The position numbers were made by a program, and so were the translations under genes. A stretch of 64,000 nucleotides of DNA from Vicinamibacterales bacterium (GTDB lineage: Bacteria; Acidobacteriota; Vicinamibacteria; Vicinamibacterales; SCN-69-37): positions 12,923 to 76,922 of the forward strand of contig JAURFE010000003.1 in NCBI GenBank assembly GCA_030827135.1. Direction: 5' to 3'. The notes beneath the pieces are model-generated. The model was not told where the DNA came from. It worked only from the letters and a program-made list of their open reading frames with translations, and ran no database searches. Shown piece by piece: positions 8,143-19,568 of the stretch; position 1 is the first letter of the stretch; every line of letters starts with the position of its first letter.

Positions 8143-11006
8143 CAGTTGGCCTTCGCTTCCCCACCACCGGCGTTCGTCACCGGCAAAGCCAGGATGAATC
8201 GGGTGCCGTGTCCAACGGCGCTCTCACACATGAGGGTGCCGCCATGTTCCTGCACGATCCCGTACGTCACGGACAGCCCGAGCCCGGTGCCCGCGCCGTC
8301 AGCCTTCGTCGTGAAAAACGGATCGTAGATGCGGGCAATGTGCTCGGTCGGAATGCCCGAACCGGTGTCGCCGACCTCCACCGTGATTGTGTCACCGGTT
8401 GCCCTCGTTGACACCGACAACCAGCCACCTTTCGGCATCGCGTCTCTGGCGTTGAGAAACAGGTTCAGGAAGACCTGCTGCAGCTTGTACTCAAACCCCA
8501 TGATCAGCCGGTCGGCGGCGAGGTCGCGCCGGACCTGAATCCGGCTGCCCCTGAACTGGTGTTCCAGCAGGGACAACACGTCGTTGATCACCACGTTGAC
8601 GTCCACCGGCATGGATTCGCCGCCGGACGGGCGAGCCAGATTCAGCAGGCTGTTCACGATCTTGGCCGCGCGGAATGTCTGTCGCTCGATCTTCTCGAGC
8701 AGTTGCGTCTTCGGGTCGTCCGGATCGGCCTGCTCCAGCAGCATCTGGGTGAAACTCGAAATTCCCGTCAGCGGCGTATTCACCTCGTGCGCGACACCGG
8801 CGGCCAGCAGACCGACGGCCGCCATCTTCTCCGACAGCTGCAACTGCTCTTCAAGGTTGGCCCGGTCGGTCACGTCCTCAATCACGACGATCCAGCCGGC
8901 TTTCACGCCATCCGCCGTCTGAAAGGGGGCGATCCCGGCATTCACCAGCAGAGGGCGCACCAGCTCACCGGGCCCGGACGCCAGTGGCACCCGCAGCAAC
9001 GACGCCCCTGAGGGCTGGTCACGCCGCGCGGTCATCAACGTCTCGACAAACGAATCAGGGAACAGCGCCGACAGGCGACGGCCGATCGCCCGCGACCGAT
9101 CGAAGTGGAACAGCTGCTCGAGCCGGCGATTCCACCGCAGCACCCGATCATCAAGGTCGATGACGAACAACCCGTCGCTCAACGACTCGACCACACTGTC
9201 GCCGAACTGACGGAGGCGTTCAATCTCCTCCGCCTTGAGTCGAAGCTGCCCGTAGAGGCGCGCGTTTTCAAGCGCGGTCGCCGCCTGCCCCGCCACGGCG
9301 CCAAGCAGCGCCATATCTTCGCTGCTCAGAGGCTCGTACCGGGCCCGGCGGCCGACCGCGAGTACTCCGATGGTGACTTCCTTGCTCACGCAGGGCACAA
9401 ACGCGTGCCAGCCCGCCTCGCGCCAGATGGCGCCTTCGTCTCCGACAAGCCGGCGCAGCGGCACCGGGTCGTCGATGCTGACCGTCTGGCCGTCCAGCAG
9501 CCGAGTACCCAGACCCGACTCGCGCGAAATCCGCAGCACCGACGGATCGTCGACGCCCCCGCTGGCGACGGCCGTGAAATACCCGGACTCTTCATCCGGA
9601 GCGGCGAGCAACAACGCAATGCGATCAACCGCCAACGTGTCACGCACGCGTTCCACGAGCCGCGTGCTCAGGCGTTCGAGATCGAGGTCGCTGTTGAGTT
9701 CGCGCGCAAACGTCACAAGGGCGCGGCGATAATCGTACCGGTCCCGGTAGTACAGGCGATCCAGCCCCCCCTGGATGGCATTCCACAGGGTCGGCGCGAC
9801 GAGCACCACGACCAACGTTGCAAACAGCGCCCAGAACTCGTTCTGTTCCTGGTGGCCTGACAACAAGCCGACCAGTTCCAGCGTGCCCTGGTAGATCAAC
9901 ACAAGCACAAGACCCACGGCTGAGACCACCAGCGCGCGCTTGAAGATGACCTCGATGTCCATCAGCCGATACCGCACGATCGCCGATGCGAATGCGAGCG
10001 GGATGAACCCGAGCAGCACGGCGGTGTATTGACCGCCCGGCACGGTCTTCCCCATGAGGAACGGGATGACGTACACCGCCACAAACGGCACGGCACCCAG
10101 TCCGGACCCCCAGACAATCCAGCGCAACTGGCGGCGCGCCGTCACCGATCGCAGGAGGCCAAGGGCACGAATCATCAACGCCAGTCCGCCAAGGAGACAC
10201 GCCGCAAGGTAGACAAACTCGAGCGTCGCAATCTGCTGCAGCCGGCGCGACATCGCTTCAACCGGCATCCACGTCATCGCCGCCAACCGTCCCAACCCCA
10301 GTGCCAGCGCCGGGGCATACACCAGTGGCAGGATCGCGCGACCGGTAGGCGTCGCCACCCACGGGTTGGGCCGATCAGGAAACACGAGCGCAAAGTGCAG
10401 GAACAAGGGGGGCAGCAACACGGTCGCCACCACGTCCGCCCAGTAAAAGAAGTAGTCGGTCCGTGTGAACTCGCCGGTGTAGGTGAATGCAAACACGCTG
10501 AAAAAAGCCGTGGTCAGCCAGAAAAAGTGGAGCGTCGCAGGATCAGCCGGCCGTCGCAGCCGAACTGAGGCGCCGACCAGCAACCCGAAGATCCCGACGG
10601 CCGCCAGCAGGTAATACAGCCCGTACTCAGGCCCTGGTGCATGTGCCAGCTGCAGCTCAACCAGGGACTCCGCCGATTCGCGCGACACGGTGTAGGTCAC
10701 CAGTTGCCCCGGAGCAATCTCCGACAACACCGCCGCGACGTCGCTGGGCGTCACCACCACGCGACCGTCAATCGCCTGCAGCCAGTCGCCACGCCGCAGA
10801 CCGGCATCATCCGCCGCCGACCCGGTGCTCACTTCAAGCGCGCGGAGATCCGCCCCCCAGAACACGCCGTCATCCACCGCCGCCGTGCGCTGCCAATTCC
10901 TCACCACCACGAGATTGATGAGGGCCATGGCAATCAACCCCGTCGCCACCGCGACCGGAACGGCTACGCGAATGAGGGGGCTGATGTGGCGGGCTGACGT
11001 GGACAT
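8142..11006 (-). CDS. sensor histidine kinase with N-terminal PDZ domain, polytopic membrane region, GAF and PAS domains
   Basis: H-box HEVNTPLTGI and G2 box GTGLGLSV. PDZ-like segment GLRRGDWLQAIDGRVV after the first TM, followed by roughly 8-10 hydrophobic helices. Start chosen at the internal ATG 11006 (MSTSARHISPLIRVAVPVAV); the ORF extends to 11072. Confidence 0.85.
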   Translation of the reverse strand: MSTSARHISPLIRVAVPVAVATGLIAMALINLVVVRNWQRTAAVDDGVFWGADLRALEVSTGSAADDAGLRRGDWLQAIDGRVVVTPSDVAAVLSEIAPGQLVTYTVSRESAESLVELQLAHAPGPEYGLYYLLAAVGIFGLLVGASVRLRRPADPATLHFFWLTTAFFSVFAFTYTGEFTRTDYFFYWADVVATVLLPPLFLHFALVFPDRPNPWVATPTGRAILPLVYAPALALGLGRLAAMTWMPVEAMSRRLQQIATLEFVYLAACLLGGLALMIRALGLLRSVTARRQLRWIVWGSGLGAVPFVAVYVIPFLMGKTVPGGQYTAVLLGFIPLAFASAIVRYRLMDIEVIFKRALVVSAVGLVLVLIYQGTLELVGLLSGHQEQNEFWALFATLVVVLVAPTLWNAIQGGLDRLYYRDRYDYRRALVTFARELNSDLDLERLSTRLVERVRDTLAVDRIALLLAAPDEESGYFTAVASGGVDDPSVLRISRESGLGTRLLDGQTVSIDDPVPLRRLVGDEGAIWREAGWHAFVPCVSKEVTIGVLAVGRRARYEPLSSEDMALLGAVAGQAATALENARLYGQLRLKAEEIERLRQFGDSVVESLSDGLFVIDLDDRVLRWNRRLEQLFHFDRSRAIGRRLSALFPDSFVETLMTARRDQPSGASLLRVPLASGPGELVRPLLVNAGIAPFQTADGVKAGWIVVIEDVTDRANLEEQLQLSEKMAAVGLLAAGVAHEVNTPLTGISSFTQMLLEQADPDDPKTQLLEKIERQTFRAAKIVNSLLNLARPSGGESMPVDVNVVINDVLSLLEHQFRGSRIQVRRDLAADRLIMGFEYKLQQVFLNLFLNARDAMPKGGWLSVSTRATGDTITVEVGDTGSGIPTEHIARIYDPFFTTKADGAGTGLGLSVTYGIVQEHGGTLMCESAVGHGTRFILALPVTNAGGGEAKAN

Positions 11007-11132
11007 GGATCGGTCAGTCAGGGAGCAAGGCCCATGCCCGGAGCTCGGACAGAACGAAGCTCCGCAAGTCACTGAGGAAGCAGGGGGTTAGGTTAGCCGT
11101 GTGTGCTTCTGAATCCAACGAATTGGATCGTA

Positions 11133-13049
11133 TCAGAAGCGGACCTGAACGCCGCCCAGTACCCGCCGGGGCGCACGCACCGTCAGCAGTTCATCGTAGG
11201 ACGATGCACCAAACGCGCCGGCATTGGCTGGGTCTCTGAACATATTGCTCATCGCCACCAGCACTTCGATCGTGCCGCCCTGGATCGGCTGGAACGGCAA
11301 CGCCTGCCGGACCTGCACATCAAAACGCCCATCGAACATCGGCGCGAACCCCAGCGCATCCGCGCGCGTGAAAGCGCTGTTCAGCCGATAGGTCACGATG
11401 ACGTCGGTCTGCGATTCGGGAATACGTGCGCGCAGCGTGCTCGTAAGGTCGTGCAGCACCTCATGGGTGGGTCGCAATGCCGACGGGAGCACGGCCGCGA
11501 TCGCGCGCGCCTGCGACCCGTAGTTCCAGGAGGCACGGCTCACGGAGTAGTCCACCGAGGCGTTCATCCTCGAAGTGAACCATCCGGAGGCACGGACGCC
11601 GAAGCCCTTCAGGGTCACGTCGCCGGCGGTCGCCACGTAGTAGTGCCCCACACCGCGGCTCGCATCCAGCCCGAACATCGTGGCCAGTTGGTCGCGGGTA
11701 TGTTCATAGAACCAATGGACCCCAATGGCACGTGCGCGACCAATCGCGCCGAACTCCTGCTCGATGCCGACGTCGGCACGCTGGACCCGTTCCGGCGTGA
11801 ACGCGGCGCCCGGCACGAGTGCCGCGAAGGTCCGGTCCGGGGGCAGCCAGGGACCCGACGAGGGGGGCGGGAGAAAGGCGTCAACGCCGGGCGCGATCAC
11901 GGCACTGGAGCCGGAGGCCGCCAGGAAGACGCGCGACCCGAGACCCAGGCGCGCGCCCATGCGCGGGCTCAGGAAATTGCGCCCACCGCCGACGTAATCG
12001 TAGCGATCGGCCCGCAGACCGAAGTCGATTTCCACGCCGGGGGCAAGCCGCCATCGATCAACGGCGTAGAGACTCGCTGCGGTGCGCGTGGCGACGGGGG
12101 ACGGCAACATCGCGGCGGTCACTCCATCAGTCCCATCGGCGAACCGCTGTGCGCCGTACGACATCCCCGCGCGGAACGCGTGTGCCTGCACATCACGTGC
12201 TTCATATTCGCCCATCGCCACCCACGACACCAGGCCACCGGTGGACAACGCGCCGAGGATGCGCCAGTCGCCGTGAGTCCCCACGGGGGCGCCGAGAGAA
12301 AGATAGGCCACGCCCCGCGGTAACTCCGCGTTCCATCCCGCAGCCTGGTTGAACGTGGAAGTGGTCAGCATGTTGAACTGTCCACTGAAATCGGTATCAA
12401 CAAAAAACGACGTCGCTGCCCGGGCGGATTCCGTCACGGCCCAGTCGAAGACCGACGCGCGGGGACGGAACGTCTGAGGTGCCGGCTCGACGTCGAGGAC
12501 GAGCCCCTGACCGTCGCGCAGTACGGTGCGTGGCAGATGCCGCAGATACCACGCCTGCAGGCTGTCTGAGCGGCTGGTGGCCTTGACGACAGACTCCACC
12601 GGGAGCGCATCGCCGGCCGCTGCACCCAGGCCTGTGCTCGCGAGCAGCACCTTGCGATCAGACAAACCAGGCTGTCGCGTGATGGTGATATTCCGTTCGA
12701 TCTGCACCGACGCACGAATCCGGACCGATTCGCGGTAGGGCGAGACGTAGCCGTCGCGCGACGCCCGGAGAATGTAGTCCCCCGGCACCAGGGCCAGGCG
12801 GAACTGCCCGGCTGCGTCCGTCTTGGCCTGCGCCTGCGTCGTCCCAATCGCCGTGACGGCCACACCGGCGACGACCGCGCCCCTGTCGTCCGTGACCAGG
12901 CCCACGACCATCCCGGCCCGCATCGACGCCTCGATCTTCACCGGGATGGGGACGTGCGAGGCCACCGGCTGCGCCCACCCGTATGCCACGCCGAGTGTCA
13001 GCGACAACGCGGTGGACGAGGCGACGAGTCTCATGGCGGAACGTGGCAT
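11133..13049 (-). CDS. outer-membrane beta-barrel protein with N-terminal carboxypeptidase-regulatory-like domain (TonB-dependent-receptor-like)
   Basis: Signal peptide MPRSAMRLVASSTALSLTLGVAYGWAQP, CarboxypepD_reg motif (DAAGQFRLALVPGDYILRASRDGY) and C-terminal ...GGVQVRF. GGAGG lies 5 nt upstream of ATG 13049. Confidence 0.7.
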   Translation of the reverse strand: MPRSAMRLVASSTALSLTLGVAYGWAQPVASHVPIPVKIEASMRAGMVVGLVTDDRGAVVAGVAVTAIGTTQAQAKTDAAGQFRLALVPGDYILRASRDGYVSPYRESVRIRASVQIERNITITRQPGLSDRKVLLASTGLGAAAGDALPVESVVKATSRSDSLQAWYLRHLPRTVLRDGQGLVLDVEPAPQTFRPRASVFDWAVTESARAATSFFVDTDFSGQFNMLTTSTFNQAAGWNAELPRGVAYLSLGAPVGTHGDWRILGALSTGGLVSWVAMGEYEARDVQAHAFRAGMSYGAQRFADGTDGVTAAMLPSPVATRTAASLYAVDRWRLAPGVEIDFGLRADRYDYVGGGRNFLSPRMGARLGLGSRVFLAASGSSAVIAPGVDAFLPPPSSGPWLPPDRTFAALVPGAAFTPERVQRADVGIEQEFGAIGRARAIGVHWFYEHTRDQLATMFGLDASRGVGHYYVATAGDVTLKGFGVRASGWFTSRMNASVDYSVSRASWNYGSQARAIAAVLPSALRPTHEVLHDLTSTLRARIPESQTDVIVTYRLNSAFTRADALGFAPMFDGRFDVQVRQALPFQPIQGGTIEVLVAMSNMFRDPANAGAFGASSYDELLTVRAPRRVLGGVQVRF

Positions 13050-13175
13050 ACAGCCTCCCAATTCTTGGGACTGCGGTGGCGGGCGAACTGACGGAAATAT
13101 CAAACAGCATGGTAGGTCACGGGTACGGCCAAGTCAAACCATTCAACCCATTACCCCGAAGGGTTTTTGAGGTAA

Positions 13176-14498
<1,323 letters not shown>

Positions 14499-14503
14499 CC
14501 GCC

Positions 14504-15250
14504 ATGCATCGCGTCGTCCTGCTCCGCCACGGGCAAAGCACCTGGAATCTCGAAAACCGGTTCACGGGGTGGACCGATGTGGACCTGACGCCGCAGGGCC
14601 ATGCGGAGGCCCACGAAGCCGCGCGCCTGTTGCGCGAGGCGGGCGATACGTTCGACATTGCGTTCACATCGCTGCTCAAGCGGGCGATTCGCACCAATTG
14701 GATCGTGCAGGACGAACTGGACTTGTTGTGGATTCCCGTCGAGCGCAGCTGGCGGCTCAATGAACGCCACTACGGCGCGTTGCAGGGGTTGAACAAGGCG
14801 GAAACGACGACGGCACACGGCGAGGCACAGACACATTTGTGGCGCCGCAGCTACGACGTGCCGCCCCCGCCACTCTCGCGTGACGACCCGCGGCATCCCG
14901 CGAAGGACCCGAGATACGCCACACTGACGCCTGCGGAATGCCCGGCGACCGAATCGCTCAAGGACACCGTCGCGCGGTTTGTGCCCTACTGGACGGACAC
15001 CATCGCGCCGGCGATCCGTGCGGGCCGCCGGGTGTTGATCACCGCCCACGGCAACAGCCTGCGGGCGCTGGTGAAGTATCTCGATGGGATCTCGGAAGCG
15101 GAAATCGCCGGACTCAACATCCCGACCGGGATTCCATTGATTTATGAACTCGACGCGTCGCTTGCGCCGATTCGCCGGTATTACCTGGGGGACGCCGACG
15201 CGGCAGCCCGTGCCGCGGAAGCGGTAGCAAACCAGTCGCGCGCGCGGTAG
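14504..15250 (+). CDS. gpmA: 2,3-bisphosphoglycerate-dependent phosphoglycerate mutase
   Basis: [25 protein letters not shown] (RHG catalytic motif) and [11 protein letters not shown]. Lies 5 nt after eno. Confidence 0.95.
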   Translation: MHRVVLLRHGQSTWNLENRFTGWTDVDLTPQGHAEAHEAARLLREAGDTFDIAFTSLLKRAIRTNWIVQDELDLLWIPVERSWRLNERHYGALQGLNKAETTTAHGEAQTHLWRRSYDVPPPPLSRDDPRHPAKDPRYATLTPAECPATESLKDTVARFVPYWTDTIAPAIRAGRRVLITAHGNSLRALVKYLDGISEAEIAGLNIPTGIPLIYELDASLAPIRRYYLGDADAAARAAEAVANQSRAR

Positions 15251-15252
15251 CG

Positions 15253-15570
15253 CTACTCGACCTCTTTTTCCGTCGCCTCGTCGGCGGAGATGCGCAGGGA
15301 CTTCAGAAATCGCCGATCGTTGGCCGTCATTTCAATGTGCGGTCCAGGCGCCGGCACAGCCTTCACGCCGCTCACAGGCACGAGGGCCTGCCCCGCGGCG
15401 CCGGCGGCATTGAGCGGCACAAAGGTCACCGCCGCATCCAGGGCCACGCGCATGTCGAAACCCGCCGCGCGCGCCTTCTCCCGGCACGCTTCCACGCGGG
15501 CGTCGTCTGCCACCACCGTGGAAATGATCTCGGCCAGTTCCCGCGCCAGCTGATTCATCACAGAGTCCAT
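15253..15570 (-). CDS. hypothetical small protein (105 aa)
   Basis: ATG 15570 is preceded by GGAGG (reverse complement of 15575-15579). The rest of the long listed ORF (to 16356) is antisense to the mutase gene and is rejected. No recognisable domain. Confidence 0.45.
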   Translation of the reverse strand: MDSVMNQLARELAEIISTVVADDARVEACREKARAAGFDMRVALDAAVTFVPLNAAGAAGQALVPVSGVKAVPAPGPHIEMTANDRRFLKSLRISADEATEKEVE

Positions 15571-15648
15571 GACACCTCCAGGGCCTCTCGGCGGCACGTC
15601 CTGCGCCGGGGCGGGAAATCGGTGGGGGGATTGTACCAGAGAGCCTAC

Positions 15649-15669
15649 GGGTCCAGGGTCCAGGGTCCG
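15649..15669. repeat. tandem heptamer (GGGTCCA)x3 abutting a -10-like box
   Basis: GGGTCCA GGGTCCA GGGTCCG at 15649-15669, with TAGAAT starting at 15671. Confidence 0.8.
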
Positions 15670-15670
15670 G

Positions 15671-15676
15671 TAGAAT
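15671..15676 (+). promoter_or_regulatory. -10-like box (TAGAAT) 8 nt upstream of the mutase ATG
   Basis: TAGAAT, then gtgcagca, then ATG 15685. Confidence 0.45.
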
Positions 15677-15684
15677 GTGCAGCA

Positions 15685-17187
15685 ATGGCTGTGGCTGAGT
15701 TTCCAGGCGTCTTTCCGTACACGCGCGGCATTCAGCCCACGATGTACCGCGGGCGGCTGTGGACGATGCGGCAATACGCCGGGTTCGGGACGGCATCCGA
15801 ATCCAACGCGCGGTACCGGTATCTGCTGGCCCAGGGCGTAAGCGGTCTGAGTGTCGCGTTCGACCTCCCCACCCAGATGGGCTACGACTCGGACCACCCG
15901 ATGGCGGCCGGCGAGGTCGGACGAGTCGGTGTCGCGGTCAATTCCATCGACGACATGGCGATGCTCTTCGACGGCATTCCCCTCGGGCAGGTCTCCACGT
16001 CGATGACGATCAACGCGACCGCGATCATCCTGCTCGCGCTGTACGTCGCGGTGGCTCGCCGCCAGGGGGTCCCGCTGGACCGGCTCTCGGGCACGATCCA
16101 GAACGATATCCTCAAGGAGTATGTGGCGCGCGGCACCTACATCTATCCGCCGCGCCACTCCATGCGCATCATCACGGACATCTTCGCGTGGTGCGAGCGG
16201 GAGCTGCCGAACTGGAACACGATCTCGATCAGTGGGTATCACATCCGCGAGGCAGGCTCGACCGCGGTGCAGGAAGTCGCATTCACCATTGCCAATGCCA
16301 TCGCGTACGTCGACGCCGCGCAGCGTGCGGGGCTCGATCCCAACCAGCTTGGACAACGGCTTTCATTCTTCTTTGCGGCCCACAATGACTTCATCGAAGA
16401 GATCGCAAAGTTCCGCGCGGCGCGCCGCCTCTGGGCCCGCGTGATGCAGGAACGGTTTGGCGTCACGCATCCGCGGGCGCAGCAGCTGCGGTTCCATACT
16501 CAGACCGGCGGTTCAACGCTGACGGCCCAGCAACCCGACACCAACATCATCCGTGTGGCCATCCAGGCACTGGCGGCCGTCCTTGGCGGCACACAGTCGC
16601 TGCACTGCAACGGCCGTGACGAAGCCCTGGCACTGCCGACGGAAGATGCCGCGAGGCTCGCGCTGCGCACCCAGCAGGTGATCGCCGGCGAAACGGGCGT
16701 CGCCAACACGGTGGATCCGGTGGGCGGCTCTTGGGCGATCGAACAACGCACCGATGACATCGAGTCCGAAGCACGTGCGTTGATTGCGACGATCGACGCG
16801 GCAGGCGGAACACTCGCCGCGATCGAAGCCGGATACATCCAGCGACAGATCCAGGACGCCGCCTATACCGCGCAGCAGCGCATCGACAGCGGCGAGGCCG
16901 TGGTCGTCGGCCTCAATCGCTTCACTACCGACGACCAGACGGGCATCGAGGTGCTCACCCTCGACCCCGACAGTGAGCAGCGCCAGGCCGATGCCGTGCG
17001 GCGCGTGCGGCGGGAACGCGACGCCTCCGCCTGCGCCGCCGCGCTTGAGGCGCTGGAACGTGCCGCCCGCGGGATCGACAATCTCGTGCCACGCGTCCTG
17101 CAGGCGGTGGAAGCCAGAGCCACGCTGGGTGAAATTTCCGACCGCCTCCGCGCCGTCTATGGCGAACACCAGGACCGCCTTGCCTGA
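15685..17187 (+). CDS. methylmalonyl-CoA mutase family, large (catalytic) subunit without B12-binding domain
   Basis: From ATG 15685: [48 protein letters not shown]...[16 protein letters not shown]. Length is 500 aa and it ends before any cobalamin-binding (DxHxxG) module. Confidence 0.9.
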   Translation: MAVAEFPGVFPYTRGIQPTMYRGRLWTMRQYAGFGTASESNARYRYLLAQGVSGLSVAFDLPTQMGYDSDHPMAAGEVGRVGVAVNSIDDMAMLFDGIPLGQVSTSMTINATAIILLALYVAVARRQGVPLDRLSGTIQNDILKEYVARGTYIYPPRHSMRIITDIFAWCERELPNWNTISISGYHIREAGSTAVQEVAFTIANAIAYVDAAQRAGLDPNQLGQRLSFFFAAHNDFIEEIAKFRAARRLWARVMQERFGVTHPRAQQLRFHTQTGGSTLTAQQPDTNIIRVAIQALAAVLGGTQSLHCNGRDEALALPTEDAARLALRTQQVIAGETGVANTVDPVGGSWAIEQRTDDIESEARALIATIDAAGGTLAAIEAGYIQRQIQDAAYTAQQRIDSGEAVVVGLNRFTTDDQTGIEVLTLDPDSEQRQADAVRRVRRERDASACAAALEALERAARGIDNLVPRVLQAVEARATLGEISDRLRAVYGEHQDRLA

Positions 17188-18163
17188 CGCGCCACTTCTG
17201 GCAGTGCATCACCTGCGCACCGTGTTTCCGCTGCGCGGCGGGGGCGAGGCGGCAGCCGTCGCCGATGTGTCCTTCGCACTCGATCGCGGCGGAACCCTCG
17301 GTCTGGTCGGCGAATCAGGGTCGGGCAAGTCGGTGACCGCACTCTCCCTCATCCGGCTCGTCCAGCCACCAGGCCGGATTGCCGGGGGCCGCATCCTGTT
17401 CGACGGCCGCGACCTGATGACGCTGGACGAACCCGCCATGCGCGCCATTCGGGGACGGCGGATTGGGTTTGTGTTTCAGGAACCGATGGTCGCGCTCAAT
17501 CCCGTCTTCACCATCGGGCAGCAGATCGCCGAGACGCTGACGGTGCACGGACTGGCGCGTGGCGCTGCGGCGAAGAAGCAGGCCATCGAGTGGCTGGCCG
17601 CCGTCCGCATGCCCGCCCCGGCACAACGCGCCGATGCCTATCCGCATCAACTGAGCGGCGGCCTGCGCCAGCGTGCGATGATCGCGCTCGCGCTCTGCGC
17701 CGAGCCGTCCCTGGTCATCGCCGACGAACCCACCACCGCGCTGGATGTCACGGTGCAGGCGGAAATCCTCGACCTCCTGCGCGACCTGCGACGCGAGTTC
17801 GGCCTCGCGCTGCTGCTTATCACCCACGACCTCGGCATCGTCGCGGAGATGGCTGACCACGTGGCCGTGATGTACGGCGGACGCATCGTTGAATACGGGC
17901 CGGTCCGGACGGTGTTTGCGAAGGCCGCCCATCCCTATACACAGGGGCTGCTGGCGTGCCTGCCGGGCTTGCACCCTACCGCGAGGCTGCAGGCGATTCC
18001 CGGCACCGTGCCCTCACTTGGGCAGTTCCCGGCAGGCTGTGGCTTCGCAACCCGCTGCCCGGAGCGTTTTTCGTTGTGCGACACCGTTCCGCCACCCGAC
18101 GTCCCCTGCGGCGACGCTCACGTCGCCGCCTGTTACCTTCGTCAGCAGGAGCCCGCATCGTGA
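17159..18163 (+). CDS. ABC transporter ATP-binding protein, oligopeptide/dipeptide OppD/DppD-like
   Basis: Walker A GESGSGKS, signature LSGGLRQR, Walker B LVIADEPT and the C-terminal oligopeptide-type extension (HPYTQGLL). Start is ATG 17159 (29-nt overlap with the mutase) or TTG 17180. Confidence 0.85.
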   Translation: MANTRTALPDAPLLAVHHLRTVFPLRGGGEAAAVADVSFALDRGGTLGLVGESGSGKSVTALSLIRLVQPPGRIAGGRILFDGRDLMTLDEPAMRAIRGRRIGFVFQEPMVALNPVFTIGQQIAETLTVHGLARGAAAKKQAIEWLAAVRMPAPAQRADAYPHQLSGGLRQRAMIALALCAEPSLVIADEPTTALDVTVQAEILDLLRDLRREFGLALLLITHDLGIVAEMADHVAVMYGGRIVEYGPVRTVFAKAAHPYTQGLLACLPGLHPTARLQAIPGTVPSLGQFPAGCGFATRCPERFSLCDTVPPPDVPCGDAHVAACYLRQQEPAS

Positions 18164-19035
18164 GTGCGCTCCTGGAAGTTCGCCATCTGGTGAAGGAATT
18201 CCGGCAGGGACGGGTGTTTGGCACGTCGGCGACCACGCGGGCGGTCGATGACATCAGCTTCGAGATCCGGCAGGGCGAGACCTTCGGGCTTGTTGGGGAG
18301 TCCGGCTGCGGCAAGACCACCACCGGGCGGTGCATTCTTCGGCTGATTGAACCAACGTCCGGCCAGGTGCTCTTCAAGGGCCGGGACCTGGCGCCCCTGT
18401 CGGCGAACGAAATGCGTCTCGCCCGCCGCGACCTGCAAATCGTGTTTCAGGATCCGTACTCGTCCCTGAATCCCCGCATGCGCGTCGGGGCCATCGTCGA
18501 GGAACCGCTCGTGATCTTCCGGGACGGCACGAAGGCCGAGCGCACACGCCGCGTCGCTGAACTGTTTGAACTCGTCGGCCTCGACCCGGCGCAGGCGACG
18601 AGGTACCCGCACGAGTTCAGCGGCGGCCAGCGCCAGCGAATCGGCCTGGCCCGGGCACTGGCGCTCAATCCCTCACTGGTCATTGCCGACGAACCCGTCT
18701 CCGCGCTGGACGTCTCGGTGCAGGCCCAGGTGGTGAATCTGCTGCTCGACCTGCAGACGCGCCTCGGCCTCACCTACCTGTTTATCGCGCACGATCTGCG
18801 TCTGGTGCGCCAGATCTGCACGCGGGTGGCGGTGATGTATCGGGGACGAATCGTCGAGATTGGGGATGCTGAGGCCGTGTTCACGACGCCTGCGCATCCC
18901 TACACCGTGGCGTTATTGTCGGCGGTACCAAAAATAAACCCGGGCGATCGCATCGCCCGGGTTGTGTTTGACGCCGACTCGTTTGTTCCGGAGCCGCTCC
19001 GTGAGGTGCGGCCCGGACACCTTGCTGCGGTCTAG
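18160..19035 (+). CDS. ABC transporter ATP-binding protein, OppF/DppF-like
   Basis: GTG 18160 overlaps the upstream TGA (GTGA). Walker [10 protein letters not shown], signature FSGGQRQR, Walker B LVIADEPV, and HPYT near the C-terminus. Confidence 0.85.
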   Translation: MSALLEVRHLVKEFRQGRVFGTSATTRAVDDISFEIRQGETFGLVGESGCGKTTTGRCILRLIEPTSGQVLFKGRDLAPLSANEMRLARRDLQIVFQDPYSSLNPRMRVGAIVEEPLVIFRDGTKAERTRRVAELFELVGLDPAQATRYPHEFSGGQRQRIGLARALALNPSLVIADEPVSALDVSVQAQVVNLLLDLQTRLGLTYLFIAHDLRLVRQICTRVAVMYRGRIVEIGDAEAVFTTPAHPYTVALLSAVPKINPGDRIARVVFDADSFVPEPLREVRPGHLAAV

Positions 19036-19568
19036 GACCCCGAACAGGACGACGCGTTCAGGTACCTCTTGTCCGTGTTGCCATCGACGAAGTTGTTGTT
19101 GATGGCGTCCACCACGCTGTTCAGCGCGCTGATGGTGATGCCGCTCGGGAGGTTCCCGCCCCCGAGCGCGGTGTTCGCAAGCGCCAGAACCTGGCCGACC
19201 GTATAACCCGCCAGCGCACCCGACTTCACCGTCAGGGCCGACAGGCCCGTCGTCGTGAGCCCGGCGCTGTCAAAGACCGTCGCGAAGTTCGCGCGGAAGA
19301 ACGCCGCAGAGTTCCCGCCGCTCGGGTTCGCGCCCCATCCACCCTGCGTTTGTGTGCGGAACGTGCACGCCGACAAAGGAGAATCCGTCGGAGGCGGCGT
19401 CGTGCCGGTGACGTCGATGGTCACGAGCGCTGTGGCGGTCCCCCCTTGCCATCAGTGATGGTGTAGGTAGAGGCTGTCCCCATCGGGATCCGAATCATTC
19501 GCCAGCACCGTGATCGAGACAGGCGTGGTCGTCACGGTCGTCGCCTCGTCGCTCAGTGCCACGGGTGG
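19032..19568 (-). pseudogene. decayed 3' extension / orphan C-terminal module of the adjacent giant surface protein
   Basis: Same frame as the 1521-aa gene. After its TAG come 38 in-frame codons (PPVALSDEATTVTTTPVSITVLANDSDPDGDSLYLHHH) and a TGA at 19452-19454. STYTITDGKGG is in the +1 frame, followed by a G6 run (C6 on the plus strand, 19440-19445). A still-open 130-aa ORF (GTG 19424..19032) carries a shorter paralogue of the big protein's C-terminal domain (C..TQGGWG..PSGGN..ANFATV...KSG..AG..V...L..AN..LGG...LPSG..IS.L.S....I..N...C). Confidence 0.5.

Noticed and set aside
6946-8328. 460-aa plus-strand ORF, and similar long ORFs at 231..947, 742..1473, 11103..12323, 37080..38330, 43375..44256 and 52419..53534
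   Set aside because: All are antisense to genes with strong family signatures (NtrC regulator, UbiA/coiled-coil genes, OMP, polA, DUF1015, ychF). Their composition is Arg/Ala/Gly-biased and they carry no motifs.
15571-15684. Cobalamin riboswitch upstream of the methylmalonyl-CoA mutase gene
   Set aside because: No B12-box-like sequence is visible. The -10-like box sits 8 nt from the ATG, leaving no room for a structured leader.
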